Virus record (IMG/VR): IMGVR_UViG_3300044641_004856 | Coordinates: 1-64,000 of that record | DNA length: 64,000 bases | From: a virus | Direction: 5' to 3' (one strand) | Shown: one piece after another, positions 29,643 through 39,069 of the stretch | How positions within the stretch are numbered: the stretch's first letter is position 1 | Layout of the letters: each line of letters begins with the position of its first letter | The notes under the pieces: model-generated | The model's input: the letters and a program-made list of their open reading frames with translations, nothing else | Databases searched by the model: none | Told to the model about the DNA's origin: nothing | Made by a program: the position numbers and the translations under genes

Positions 29643-30269
29643 ATGCGGGGAAGTAGATTACAGGGTCGCTTTGACCTTGAGTATGAACAAAAGCGGATGT
29701 ATGAAAGCATCAAAGAAGATTTACAACACCCTGTTGGTGTTGAAGTTGATTGGTTCCGTTGGAACAACGATTGGTATGAAGAAAACGTTGCCACTGTAAG
29801 AGACCCTCTTTACGACGTTTCAAACTCTGGTTATGTAGGAACAGGTAACGTTGGAGGTCGACGTTGGATTCCTCCCTTTAGTCTTCCTGCTATTACTGCT
29901 CAAATTATTCGTGGTAGCAATGACCTTAATGAGCGAGGCTTCTACGTAGTCGACACTTTGCGATTAGTTCTTAACGTAGGAGATGTTGAAAAACTTTTGC
30001 CTGGTATGTTGCTAGACCCATCAGACCATTTAAAAGACAGAGTTGTTTATCGTGGGAATGTTTTTAGTCCTTCTAGAATTAACCCTAGAGGACATTTTGG
30101 CTATAACTGGGCTGTTGTAACTGTTGATTTGACTGAAGTTAACTCAGAAGAATTAGTAAATGACCCTCAATTCCAGTATTTGGCACTAAAAGGTCAGCGA
30201 GAAATGATACCTTACGAAGAGTTGTATTACGGATTTAATGGATATGGAGAAGGAAAATATGGTAACTAA
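29643..30269 (+). CDS. Probable head-closure/stopper protein
   Basis: Beta-rich ~200 aa with DRVVYRGNVF; position in neck module. Confidence 0.5.
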   Translation: MRGSRLQGRFDLEYEQKRMYESIKEDLQHPVGVEVDWFRWNNDWYEENVATVRDPLYDVSNSGYVGTGNVGGRRWIPPFSLPAITAQIIRGSNDLNERGFYVVDTLRLVLNVGDVEKLLPGMLLDPSDHLKDRVVYRGNVFSPSRINPRGHFGYNWAVVTVDLTEVNSEELVNDPQFQYLALKGQREMIPYEELYYGFNGYGEGKYGN

Positions 30270-30411
30270 CGAAGAGCGTGAAGTTTTAGAAGCACAAAAG
30301 ATTGTTCTAGAAACCGACATTGCTGATTCTCAGTCTTGGCGAGGTGCTCGTGAGTTAGCAGCAATGGGCGATGCTCTTGCAAAACTAACAGCGAAACTAG
30401 ATAGCGAGTAA
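30259..30411 (+). CDS. 50-aa helical hypothetical protein (missing from ORF track)
   Basis: AAGGA RBS; MVTNEEREVLEAQKIVLETDIADSQSWRGARELAAMGDALAKLTAKLDSE. Confidence 0.6.
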   Translation: MVTNEEREVLEAQKIVLETDIADSQSWRGARELAAMGDALAKLTAKLDSE

Positions 30412-30414
30412 CCC

Positions 30415-30933
30415 TTGCCTCTCAATCTTCCCAAGCGTGGAGATAACAACTGGGACACGCCACTTAATGCTGCCTTAGTTGACTTAGACACTCGAGTAAC
30501 TACGCACACTCACCCTGCATCTGCAACTGCTTATCCAAGCCCAATTGCTTACACACCTGTGTGGTCTGGAACTGGTTTAGTGCAGTCTTCTAACCTTGCT
30601 ACAGGAACATACTTTGATTATGGTCAGATGGTTGTTGTGCAAATTACAGTTCCGATGACAAACGTTACTCATTTTGGTACTGGTGCTTACTCGGTAACTC
30701 TTCCAAAACAATCAGCACTTCATGCAAATGCTTGGGGTGGAACTATTCACGACACAAGTCTAAGTAAGTTCTACAGTCTTAAGGGGCACTTAGAAGCAAA
30801 CAGTAACGTTTGCAGTCTTTGGTTTATAAACCAAGCCACTCAAGACCAAACATTTGCTGCAACCACACCTTTTGTTCTTGCTACAGATGACCTGTTCCAC
30901 ATCAACTTTATTTACCAGGCTAAATCTGCGTAA
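30415..30933 (+). CDS. Short fibre/receptor-binding-type protein
   Basis: GDNNWDTPLN N-terminus; YTPVWSG...GTGAYSVTLP head-domain pattern. Confidence 0.55.
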   Translation: MPLNLPKRGDNNWDTPLNAALVDLDTRVTTHTHPASATAYPSPIAYTPVWSGTGLVQSSNLATGTYFDYGQMVVVQITVPMTNVTHFGTGAYSVTLPKQSALHANAWGGTIHDTSLSKFYSLKGHLEANSNVCSLWFINQATQDQTFAATTPFVLATDDLFHINFIYQAKSA

Positions 30934-31199
30934 TGGCTGAAAAAAAGAAACCTGTTAAACCAGAGAAGCCAGTAACTATTGCTATTGGAGTTCCTGGTCG
31001 TAAGGCTCATATCTCACATAAGGTCACCAAAAATAAAAAAGGCGATGTTGTAGTAGAGCACACAAACTCAAAGCAGGGTAAATACGATAAGATTAACCTT
31101 ACTAAAAAAAGCCAAGGCTCAATAAAGTCTGTGGCTCAAGGAGTCAAGGGCGTAAAAGAATGGCATAAGAAAAATCCGCACACGAGTAGGAGTACGTAA
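30933..31199 (+). CDS. Lys-rich small hypothetical protein
   Basis: 88-aa ORF, TAATG-coupled. Confidence 0.65.
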   Translation: MAEKKKPVKPEKPVTIAIGVPGRKAHISHKVTKNKKGDVVVEHTNSKQGKYDKINLTKKSQGSIKSVAQGVKGVKEWHKKNPHTSRST

Positions 31200-31345
31200 T
31201 GGCGACTAAAGTTGCTGCAGACCCTTGTTGGAAGGGATATGTTCAAGTAGGTATGAAGACCAAAAACGGCAAAAAAGTGCCAAACTGTGTTCCTGAAGGT
31301 TCTGGAAAGAAAAAAGTAGCAGCCCCCAAGAAAGGCAAAAAATGA
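31199..31345 (+). CDS. 48-aa Lys-rich protein with PCWKGY...VPNCVP motif (missing from ORF track)
   Basis: MATKVAADPCWKGYVQVGMKTKNGKKVPNCVPEGSGKKKVAAPKKGKK; AGGAG RBS; coupled at both ends. Confidence 0.75.
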   Translation: MATKVAADPCWKGYVQVGMKTKNGKKVPNCVPEGSGKKKVAAPKKGKK

Positions 31346-31623
31346 ATTTAGCATTTGAATTAGACTTAGTTGTGAGGGGATTAATTGAATTCCCTGAAAA
31401 TGAGCACAACGCTGCAGCATTAGCGGAGGTACGACCAATTGCTGCAAAACTAACTATTTTAAAAGACCAGGTAACAGAAGACGTTCTTTCTAAAGAACAA
31501 GTTATTACTTCTTTAGAAAACGTAAAGGGAGAGTTAGATGTCCTTGATTCTATTTTGCCTTTTGTTAAAATTGCTGCTGCAGACCTACTGCGGTTTGTTA
31601 ACCTACTAAAAGAAAGCGAGTAA
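31342..31623 (+). CDS. Hypothetical helical protein
   Basis: 93-aa ORF, ATGA overlap. Confidence 0.6.
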   Translation: MNLAFELDLVVRGLIEFPENEHNAAALAEVRPIAAKLTILKDQVTEDVLSKEQVITSLENVKGELDVLDSILPFVKIAAADLLRFVNLLKESE

Positions 31624-31627
31624 GAGC

Positions 31628-31759
31628 ATGTGTGCTGTATGCGGATGCGGTAAGAAAAAGGGTCAGGCTGGATTTGGTAAAGGTAAAGGCTCTGCTATGG
31701 ATGACAAAAAGAAAGCCTCTATGCTAAAGGGCAAAGACAAAGACAAGAAGAAGAAGTAA
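31628..31759 (+). CDS. 43-aa Lys-rich protein with MCxxCGC start (missing from ORF track)
   Basis: MCAVCGCGKKKGQAGFGKGKGSAMDDKKKASMLKGKDKDKKKK. Confidence 0.65.
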   Translation: MCAVCGCGKKKGQAGFGKGKGSAMDDKKKASMLKGKDKDKKKK

Positions 31760-31764
31760 CCCCT

Positions 31765-31926
31765 ATGGCTAAAGAACTCTCACCTAAACAAAAGCAAATT
31801 GCTAAAGTTGCTGGAAACCCTAAAAAAATTGAGGGTAAAGACTTCCAAGCGTTAAAGGCTATGAAAAAAGGCTCTGGCGTAAAAGGTAAGACTCAAAAGC
31901 AATTGCCTCGTAAAAAGGGTATGTAA
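31765..31926 (+). CDS. 53-aa Lys-rich protein (missing from ORF track)
   Basis: MAKELSPKQKQIAKVAGNPKKIEGKDFQALKAMKKG... Confidence 0.7.
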   Translation: MAKELSPKQKQIAKVAGNPKKIEGKDFQALKAMKKGSGVKGKTQKQLPRKKGM

Positions 31927-31947
31927 TCCTTAAAAGAATTAAAGTTT

Positions 31948-31974
31948 AAGCCCCCGACTGGGGGCTTTTTCTTT
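31948..31974 (+). terminator. Intrinsic terminator
   Basis: AAGCCCCC-gact-GGGGGCTT followed by TTTCTTT. Confidence 0.85.
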
Positions 31975-32044
31975 ATCCTTGTCTTAGCAAGAACCATGCG
32001 GGTCTTGCTGTTTTACTTGCTGATTTAACTGCTGCTTTAAGGGG

Positions 32045-32239
32045 ATGTCTATGTCTACTCCATGGTACGAACAGGTTGCTGAGATGCAGTCTGCCAGTGA
32101 GCGTGATGAGTTTGTAAAAGGTATGTACGGTTTTAAACCGCATAATCAGCATAATTTTGTAATTGGTCTTTTGGCTGGGTATGTCGGAACTAAACTACTT
32201 TTTAACTCAAAGAAGTCACGCCGTGAGACAAATAACTAA
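32045..32239 (+). CDS. Small hypothetical protein
   Basis: 64-aa ORF; AAGGGG RBS (true start may be ATG 32051). Confidence 0.6.
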   Translation: MSMSTPWYEQVAEMQSASERDEFVKGMYGFKPHNQHNFVIGLLAGYVGTKLLFNSKKSRRETNN

Positions 32240-32543
32240 ACTCAAGCCAGCATTTATAAAAGCAGCCCGTCAAACCGCTCAATTCATGACGCTTGAATTG
32301 CGTAATGAAACACGAGCCAGTGGTTGGAACCCTGATGTTGTTGACGCTATTAAAGTCTCCTATTCCAACAACCACCTAAGTATTAACATCCCTGCAAAAT
32401 ATAAGCCGTTGGCAGATAACTGGGAGTTTGGTACTCCTAATCGCCAACCTACTGGGGCAATCCGACGTTTCTCAAATCGCCCAGAAGAGGCAGAGAAGTT
32501 TCTTTTAAAAAGCGTTAAGACTTCTTTAAGAGGTGTCCTATGA
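32223..32543 (+). CDS. Putative neck/tail-completion protein
   Basis: GTG start preferred; WEFGT..RQPTGAIRRF motif resembles tail-completion proteins. Confidence 0.5.
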   Translation: MRQITKLKPAFIKAARQTAQFMTLELRNETRASGWNPDVVDAIKVSYSNNHLSINIPAKYKPLADNWEFGTPNRQPTGAIRRFSNRPEEAEKFLLKSVKTSLRGVL

Positions 32544-33184
32544 CACTAGGTCCTTTATTTTTAGAAGAAGACAACATGCTCAAAGAAAAACTTAAAGGCA
32601 TTCTTGTCCATGACCAACGAGCAGACAACGAAAAAATTGGTCGTCCTGTGCAGGTATGGTTTGGTCAACCTGACGTTGAACTTAGAGACCAGACTTACCC
32701 ATTTATTACTATTGACTTAATTGACATTCTTGAGGACCGTGCTCGCTCACATAGAGGCAAGGTTAACAAAACTACCGCTCCATATTTAGAGCCTGCAAAT
32801 TTTCCTGTTAACAAGGCTTGGGAAATTGATTACCCAATTCCAGTAAACCTTGATTACCAAGTAACGACGTATTCACGTCAACCTCGACATGATAGAGAAA
32901 TTCTTGCTGAACTTCTCTACTCAAGATTAAAGTTTCGCAATGCGACTTTAATCGGTAATGACGATACCGTCCGTCGTCTTGATGTTCTCGATGTCTCAAA
33001 ACGAGATGTTGTAGAACAGGCTAAACGCCTGTTTGTAAATGCAATTACTGTGCGTGTTTCAAGTGAAATTCCACAGGATATGTATGAAGAGTTCTACAAG
33101 GTGCAAAAAGTTAAAGTCACTGGTTCCGCTCCTGCTCCAAGGCAGAGGATTATCGGAGTCAACTACGAACAAACATCTCGCTAA
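32540..33184 (+). CDS. Tail terminator/tail completion protein
   Basis: YPFITIDL and PIPVNLDYQVTTYSR motifs; directly before the sheath gene. Confidence 0.7.
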   Translation: MTLGPLFLEEDNMLKEKLKGILVHDQRADNEKIGRPVQVWFGQPDVELRDQTYPFITIDLIDILEDRARSHRGKVNKTTAPYLEPANFPVNKAWEIDYPIPVNLDYQVTTYSRQPRHDREILAELLYSRLKFRNATLIGNDDTVRRLDVLDVSKRDVVEQAKRLFVNAITVRVSSEIPQDMYEEFYKVQKVKVTGSAPAPRQRIIGVNYEQTSR

Positions 33185-33223
33185 TAATCGGACCCCCTAC
33201 CAACAACCTAGATAGGAGAAATC

Positions 33224-34747
33224 ATGGCAGTTTATAAAAGACCAGGAATTTACATCAGTGAAGTCCTGCTCCCTGCTCCAATTACTAACTCCATAACAGC
33301 ACAGGCTGCTGGTATGGTCGCTGCACCATTTGCCCAAGGACCAACAACATTAACCTTGGTTAACTCATGGTATGAATTTACAAAGCATTTTGGTGGTTAC
33401 AATTCATTGTTCCCAGCCACATTTGCTGTCTCTCTCTTTTTCCAAAATGGTGGAAGAGAGTTGTATGTTAAAAGAATTATGGGCCAAACAGCACAGGCTG
33501 CAACTGGCGTAGTTCCTCGTGCTTCTGGTGCTGGAACTGTTTTAACACTAACTGCAAAAAATAAAGGAACTGACGGTAATAACTACCGCGTTCAAATGTC
33601 AAACGGAACTGCTGTTGGAAACTCTCTAAATATTGCTATTTACAAAGAGGGAGTTCCTGGAACTTCTACTAGCATTCAAGACGATATTTTAGTTGAACAG
33701 TACGACAACGTTTACACAGATGAACCACTTTCTAATAGTTACGCACCAACAGTGATTAACTCAGTTTCACAACTTTTTACTTGTACTGTTAGTGATAACA
33801 CAAACCTTCCAAGTGTTAACGTTGTGCCATTTACTGGTGGAACTAATGGAAATGCAATAATTGATACCGACTACTCTAGTTCAACAGATGGCGTAATTGC
33901 ATCCATTGCAACTATTGACCGTCCTTTGGTAGTGTTTTTACCTGGTCTTTATGATTTGTTGACCGCAAACGCAGCAACACAAATTCAACTTGATGTTGCT
34001 GCTGCATGTGAGAGTTCACAAAAGAACTTCTACGTTGGAGAAACTCAAAAAGACCGTACAGTTACACAAGCGTTGACTACTGCCGATTCACTTGGTGGTG
34101 GTAGAAGTTTTGCTGCTGTTTACTATCCTCACGTATTTGTTTCTGACCCTCTTGGTGTAGCCACAGGTGCTACACGTAAGGTAGGTCCTGCAGGTGCAGT
34201 TGCTGGTTTGTTCTTAAGAACTGATGCAACTGTTGGTCCATTCAAAGCCCCTGCTGGTTTAACAGCAAACCTTGTTGGAGTTGTTTCTACAGAAAAGACA
34301 TTTACTACTACTGAGTTAGATACTTTAAACTCAAGTAAGTATCCAATTAACCCTATTCGTCAAATCCCAGGTGCGGGTATCTCAGTAATGGGTGCACGTA
34401 CTCTGCTACAGGACGGAACAGCAAACAAGTATGTAAATATGCGTCGTTCTCTTATTTACATCCGCAAGAGTTTGCAAAACCTAACAGAGTTTGCGCTATT
34501 CGAAAATAACAATGAGCAGTTGTGGGGTCGTATTACTACAACCCTTAACACCTTCTTAAATGAATACCGCAATCAAGGAGGATTACGTGGAAATTCTCCA
34601 TCAGAAGCGTACTTTATTAAGTGCGACGCTGAAAACAATACTGCTGCCTCTATCGCTAGTGGCGAAGTTCGCATCGAAGTCGGTGTGGCTTTGCAGTACC
34701 CTGCGGAATTCGTGGTTATTAACCTTAGCCAGAAGACCTTAAACTAA
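33224..34747 (+). CDS. Tail sheath protein
   Basis: RPGIYISE, AAVYYP, FKAPAG, GARTL, YVNMRR, FENNNEQLW and VGVALQYPAEFV motifs. Confidence 0.95.
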   Translation: MAVYKRPGIYISEVLLPAPITNSITAQAAGMVAAPFAQGPTTLTLVNSWYEFTKHFGGYNSLFPATFAVSLFFQNGGRELYVKRIMGQTAQAATGVVPRASGAGTVLTLTAKNKGTDGNNYRVQMSNGTAVGNSLNIAIYKEGVPGTSTSIQDDILVEQYDNVYTDEPLSNSYAPTVINSVSQLFTCTVSDNTNLPSVNVVPFTGGTNGNAIIDTDYSSSTDGVIASIATIDRPLVVFLPGLYDLLTANAATQIQLDVAAACESSQKNFYVGETQKDRTVTQALTTADSLGGGRSFAAVYYPHVFVSDPLGVATGATRKVGPAGAVAGLFLRTDATVGPFKAPAGLTANLVGVVSTEKTFTTTELDTLNSSKYPINPIRQIPGAGISVMGARTLLQDGTANKYVNMRRSLIYIRKSLQNLTEFALFENNNEQLWGRITTTLNTFLNEYRNQGGLRGNSPSEAYFIKCDAENNTAASIASGEVRIEVGVALQYPAEFVVINLSQKTLN

Positions 34748-34767
34748 GAAAAGGAGCCTAACTAAAA

Positions 34768-35376
34768 ATGGCATTCGTAGATAAAAACAGGTCAAGTCTT
34801 GCGACTGACCCAATTAGAAACTTTAGGTTTTTGGTCAGATTTCTTCCTCTGAACTCAAATGACACTAATCTTTCTGATTTAAGTACAGCAACTATGGGCT
34901 TTACTTCAGTTTCAGGAATGGCTGTAACCACAGACTCTATTCCTTATCGTGAAGGTGGCTACAATACTACTGTTCACCAAATTCCTGGACAAACTTCTTT
35001 CCAGCCAGTTACTCTTCAAAGAGGCGTACTTATTGGAAATAAGCAAGGCTGGAACTGGATGAAGAACATGTTCTACACAGTTCAAAATGGTGGAAACAGA
35101 ACTATCAATCAAAACTTCCGTTGCGATATTGAAATTTCTGTTCTTCCACACCCAATATCAAATCAAACAATTGCTGCAGGTGCACAAGAAGACACTGCAA
35201 TGAGGTTTAAGTTTTACAACTGCTGGCCTACAGCAATTGCTTACTCAGACCTTAACGCTGGTGACAACTCTCTCCTTGTTGAACAAATGACAATGGTGCA
35301 TGAAGGATTCGATACATCGTTTGCTTCATTTGATGCTGCTAAGAAGTTTGTTTCTGCACCAGCAGTTGACGCGTAA
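34768..35376 (+). CDS. Tail tube protein (T4 gp19-like)
   Basis: DPIRNFRF, GFTSVSG, YREGG, IPGQ..F.PVTLQRG and NCWP motifs. Confidence 0.93.
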   Translation: MAFVDKNRSSLATDPIRNFRFLVRFLPLNSNDTNLSDLSTATMGFTSVSGMAVTTDSIPYREGGYNTTVHQIPGQTSFQPVTLQRGVLIGNKQGWNWMKNMFYTVQNGGNRTINQNFRCDIEISVLPHPISNQTIAAGAQEDTAMRFKFYNCWPTAIAYSDLNAGDNSLLVEQMTMVHEGFDTSFASFDAAKKFVSAPAVDA

Positions 35377-35399
35377 CTAACTAACTAAAGGAAAATAAA

Positions 35400-36206
35400 A
35401 TGACTACTCAAACCGTAAAAGCATCTGAAAATCCAGACCTTGTAAACCAAATGGTTGCCCAAGCACTGGCCGAACCTGAAAAACAACAAGAATCAGTTGT
35501 AGTTACTCCTCCTTCTGATGTTCACGTTACTCTCCCTGGCGGATTTATAAATTCTGCTGGGGAGAGTGTGACAACAGTTGAGGTTCGTGAATTAACTGGA
35601 AAAGACGAAGAAGCAATTGCAAGAGCACAGAATCTTGGCAAGGCTCTTCTACAAGTACTAAGCCGTGGAACTGTCAAAATTGGAAAAGAACCTGCTACTG
35701 AAGATGCACTAGATGCAATGTTGGCTGGCGACAGAGATGCTGTCATGCTAGGTATCTACAAAGCAACTTTTGGTAATACACCAGAACTACAAGGTTTTTG
35801 TGGCGGATGCAACGCATTTAAGCCAGTTACCATTAACCTAAATGAAGATATTAAAGTAAGAACTTTAGTAGATGAGCCTAGTTTTGTTGTAAACGCTAAA
35901 TGTGGAGAAGTAGTGGTTACCCTACCAACAGGTTACTGTCAAAAAGAGTTAGTGAATAACTCAGATAAAACTATGTCTGAGTTGACAACGATTCTTCTTG
36001 AGAACTGCATTCTTAAGATTAACGGTCGTCCCGTTATTAGTAAAGGACAGATTCAAAACTTAGGCATTAGTGACAGACGCTTAATTGGCGAAGCAATTAA
36101 TAAACACGCAATTGGCCCAGTTTTTGAAGATATTTCAGTTACTTGTCCTGACTGCGAAGGTGAGGTAAACACTCCTATTAACTTAGGAAGTTTGTTTCGC
36201 TTTTAA
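35400..36206 (+). CDS. Tail/baseplate assembly chaperone (T4 gp26-like)
   Basis: VRELTGKDEE, GDRDA, two CxxC; between tube and tape measure. Confidence 0.75.
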   Translation: MTTQTVKASENPDLVNQMVAQALAEPEKQQESVVVTPPSDVHVTLPGGFINSAGESVTTVEVRELTGKDEEAIARAQNLGKALLQVLSRGTVKIGKEPATEDALDAMLAGDRDAVMLGIYKATFGNTPELQGFCGGCNAFKPVTINLNEDIKVRTLVDEPSFVVNAKCGEVVVTLPTGYCQKELVNNSDKTMSELTTILLENCILKINGRPVISKGQIQNLGISDRRLIGEAINKHAIGPVFEDISVTCPDCEGEVNTPINLGSLFRF

Positions 36207-36345
36207 AATTTCTCAATATCCAGTTTTGATGGCTGAATGGTTAGCCTTATCAGAGAGACATCAAGGATGGACCCTTACTGAAATAAAAGAACTTTCAGTA
36301 AGAGAACGAAAAAATTGGTTAGAACTTGCTAAAGAAGGTTACTAA
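36202..36345 (+). CDS. C-terminal extension of the chaperone in the +1 frame (GT-like product); internal ATG at 36229
   Basis: KISQYPVLMAEWLALSERHQGWTLTEIKELSVRERKNWLELAKEGY; entered at TTT-TAA; no SD before the ATG. Confidence 0.65.
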   Translation, partial: FKISQYPVLMAEWLALSERHQGWTLTEIKELSVRERKNWLELAKEGY

Positions 36346-36354
36346 GGAGTTGAC

Positions 36355-39069
36355 ATGGCAGAATTAAACGATTCGTTAAAACAAACCGACGAATTGTTAT
36401 CCAGCATTGTCAAAAGTCTGACCTCTGCTGAGCAAATAACTAAACGCCTTGAAGGTTCTATGGGTGGAGTTGCTGGAAAAGCAAAGTCTGCTAAGGGTGG
36501 TGGTGACCGACATATCGGTACGGGTCAACATAGCCAAATGCCACACATGGACAAAGTAACTTTTAGTGGACAAGAAAAAGTTGATAGCACTGCAGAAATT
36601 GCTATGCGAGAGGGTATGGAGGCCACTAGATATGGCTTAACCCCTACTCGTGGTCAAAAATTATTGGGAGTTGGTCAAGGACTTGCACAAGCAACCTTTG
36701 GTATTGCTGCTGGAGCAATGGCTGCAATGCCAGGAGTTGCCGAAGTTGGTGCAAGTGCTGGTAACTATTACGGAGCATCTATTCGTTCTAATATGAGCCG
36801 TACTTCAATAATGAATGCCACTTTTGGTGGTTTAGCAGGTGGAGTTACGAGCACTCTTTCTTCTTCAAATATTGCAAGTATTGCTGCAGCAAGAGGCATT
36901 ATGCCAGGAAGTGCTCAATACAATGCTTTAGTTGCAGATGTTGGTGGTGCTGCACGGTATATGAACATGGCAAATGAAAACGCTATGGTTGCCATGTCTG
37001 GTTTTACTCAAGGAGACTTTTCCTCTCGTTTATACAACATTGGTGTTAGCACTTACGATTCAAAAACTGGTAAGGCTCGAGGCCAAGATGAAATTTTTGG
37101 TCAACTCTACGGTCGTCTCACTCAAGGTCAAGGAAAAATGAGTGTAGAAGAGACTATGAATAGTTTTCAAGCAGGTGGTTTTAACAAAGCAGTTACTGAT
37201 TTAGGAATGACAGAAGACCAAAGACAACTTTTTATGCAATATTCTGTTGATAGAGCAGCAGGAAAACCAACTGATTTATCTAAACTAGGGTACGGACAAA
37301 ATCCTCTAGCGGATAAAATGCGTATTACCGCATCTGATACATCGGTTTTAAATACGTACACCGAACCCGTATTAAAAGGACTTAAAGCAGCAGCCGATTT
37401 AATTGAGACCACAGTTAATCCTGCATTAGAAAAATTGGCTGGTACTGCAGGAGTGGCATCAGGATTTTTAGGTGGTATGGGTGAATCACGTGCAGGAATG
37501 GGCATGGGTATCGCTGGTGGTGGAATTGTTCAAGGATTGATGACTGCTGGTGGTGCTTTCTTAGGTGCTAAAGGTGCTCAAGGTCTTTTAGGCAAAGGCG
37601 GTTCTAGTGGGGTTAAAGCAGGAGGTTTTAAAGGTCTTTTAGGAAAAGCAGGACTTGCTGGATTAACCTACATGGGATTAGAGCAAGTACAAAAGTTTTT
37701 TAACAAAGCAGATGTTCCAGATGAAATGCGTTATATCGCAAACCTTTTATTTGACGCAGGTCAAGGTGGGTTGACTGGATTAGCAACAGGAAACCCTTAT
37801 GCAGCCCTTGCTGGTACAGTCGCAGGCACTGCTGGTGGTGTTGCAAACCCTTACGGTGGTAAAGGCGGTGGTACTCCAGGATTTGGTGCTGCTTTTGGTT
37901 CTAGTGGCGTAAATAGTGCAAACCCCTCTTCACCAATTACTAATGGTGGTGTAGGAACACCTTACGGTGCTACGGGAAGTTTATGGTCTGGGGGAAGTCA
38001 CACAGGTCAAGATTACCCATGTGCTGTTGGAACTCCTGTTCACGCATCATTAGGTGGAATGGTTATTAATACAAACCCTGGTTCAGATTACGGTAAAACT
38101 GTAGAAATTGACCACGGAAACGGTTATCAAACTTTGTACGGACATTTATCGGAAGTACTGGTCAAAGTTGGAGACACTGTTACGCAAGGACAGTTAATTG
38201 CAAAAAGTGGTGACACTGGAAAAGTTACAGGTCCTCACTTGCACTATGAAGTACGTAAAGGAAAAAATAACCCAGTAAATCCTGATGAATTAAGCAAAGC
38301 AGGAGGTTCTGGTTTAGCAGGAGTTCTGGGTGCAAGTGGCAATAATGGAACATCTACTAACGGGCAACAGTTATCGGCTATGGTTGGTTCTAAATCTTTA
38401 CAAGAATTACTAAGTGGGGGTATAGGAAATCTTCCTGCTGAACTTTTGGGTAGTGCTAGTAGTAGTAGTGCTACAAGTGGTGGAGCAAAGGTAATCCTTG
38501 GAACTGGTAGTGAAAAAGAATGGGCTACTGGTCTTCTTCAAAAAATGGGTGCTCCAGTCAGTGATGCTTCTATAAATGCTCTTACTACATGGATGCGTCA
38601 TGAAGGTGGACACTGGAAAAACTCTGCTCACTACAATCCTTTAAATACCACATTAGACATGAGTAACAATGAGTCTATGAATAGTGTGGGAGTAAAACGC
38701 TACAAATCTTGGGAAGAAGGATACGCAGCAACTATAGGAACGTTGACAGGAAAAAATGCTGGGGACCGTGGGTATACAGCAATTGTAGATGCTTTAAAGT
38801 CAGGTGCTTCGACAGATGCTATTTTAGCAGCAGTAAATAACTCAGCATGGATGACTGGTAAAACGGGAAAAAACCCTTATAAGTTCCAAGGTGGAGGCTC
38901 ACCTTCAGTTGCAACACTTAACTCTTCAGCAGGACTAAATATATCTCCGTCTATCACAATTAATGTAAGCGTTCAACAAGCATCTTACGCTGAGGCTATG
39001 AGTCTTGTTGAAATTGTTAAAACTCAACTTGAAAAAGAAAATTTACTTAGAATAGTAGGTGGGAAATAA
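36355..39069 (+). CDS. Tape measure protein with M23 peptidase and C-terminal lysozyme-like domain
   Basis: Gly/Ala helical body; HTGQD, YGHLS, GPHLHYEV; WMRHEGG...YNPLNTT...GVKRYKSWEEG. Confidence 0.88.
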   Translation: MAELNDSLKQTDELLSSIVKSLTSAEQITKRLEGSMGGVAGKAKSAKGGGDRHIGTGQHSQMPHMDKVTFSGQEKVDSTAEIAMREGMEATRYGLTPTRGQKLLGVGQGLAQATFGIAAGAMAAMPGVAEVGASAGNYYGASIRSNMSRTSIMNATFGGLAGGVTSTLSSSNIASIAAARGIMPGSAQYNALVADVGGAARYMNMANENAMVAMSGFTQGDFSSRLYNIGVSTYDSKTGKARGQDEIFGQLYGRLTQGQGKMSVEETMNSFQAGGFNKAVTDLGMTEDQRQLFMQYSVDRAAGKPTDLSKLGYGQNPLADKMRITASDTSVLNTYTEPVLKGLKAAADLIETTVNPALEKLAGTAGVASGFLGGMGESRAGMGMGIAGGGIVQGLMTAGGAFLGAKGAQGLLGKGGSSGVKAGGFKGLLGKAGLAGLTYMGLEQVQKFFNKADVPDEMRYIANLLFDAGQGGLTGLATGNPYAALAGTVAGTAGGVANPYGGKGGGTPGFGAAFGSSGVNSANPSSPITNGGVGTPYGATGSLWSGGSHTGQDYPCAVGTPVHASLGGMVINTNPGSDYGKTVEIDHGNGYQTLYGHLSEVLVKVGDTVTQGQLIAKSGDTGKVTGPHLHYEVRKGKNNPVNPDELSKAGGSGLAGVLGASGNNGTSTNGQQLSAMVGSKSLQELLSGGIGNLPAELLGSASSSSATSGGAKVILGTGSEKEWATGLLQKMGAPVSDASINALTTWMRHEGGHWKNSAHYNPLNTTLDMSNNESMNSVGVKRYKSWEEGYAATIGTLTGKNAGDRGYTAIVDALKSGASTDAILAAVNNSAWMTGKTGKNPYKFQGGGSPSVATLNSSAGLNISPSITINVSVQQASYAEAMSLVEIVKTQLEKENLLRIVGGK

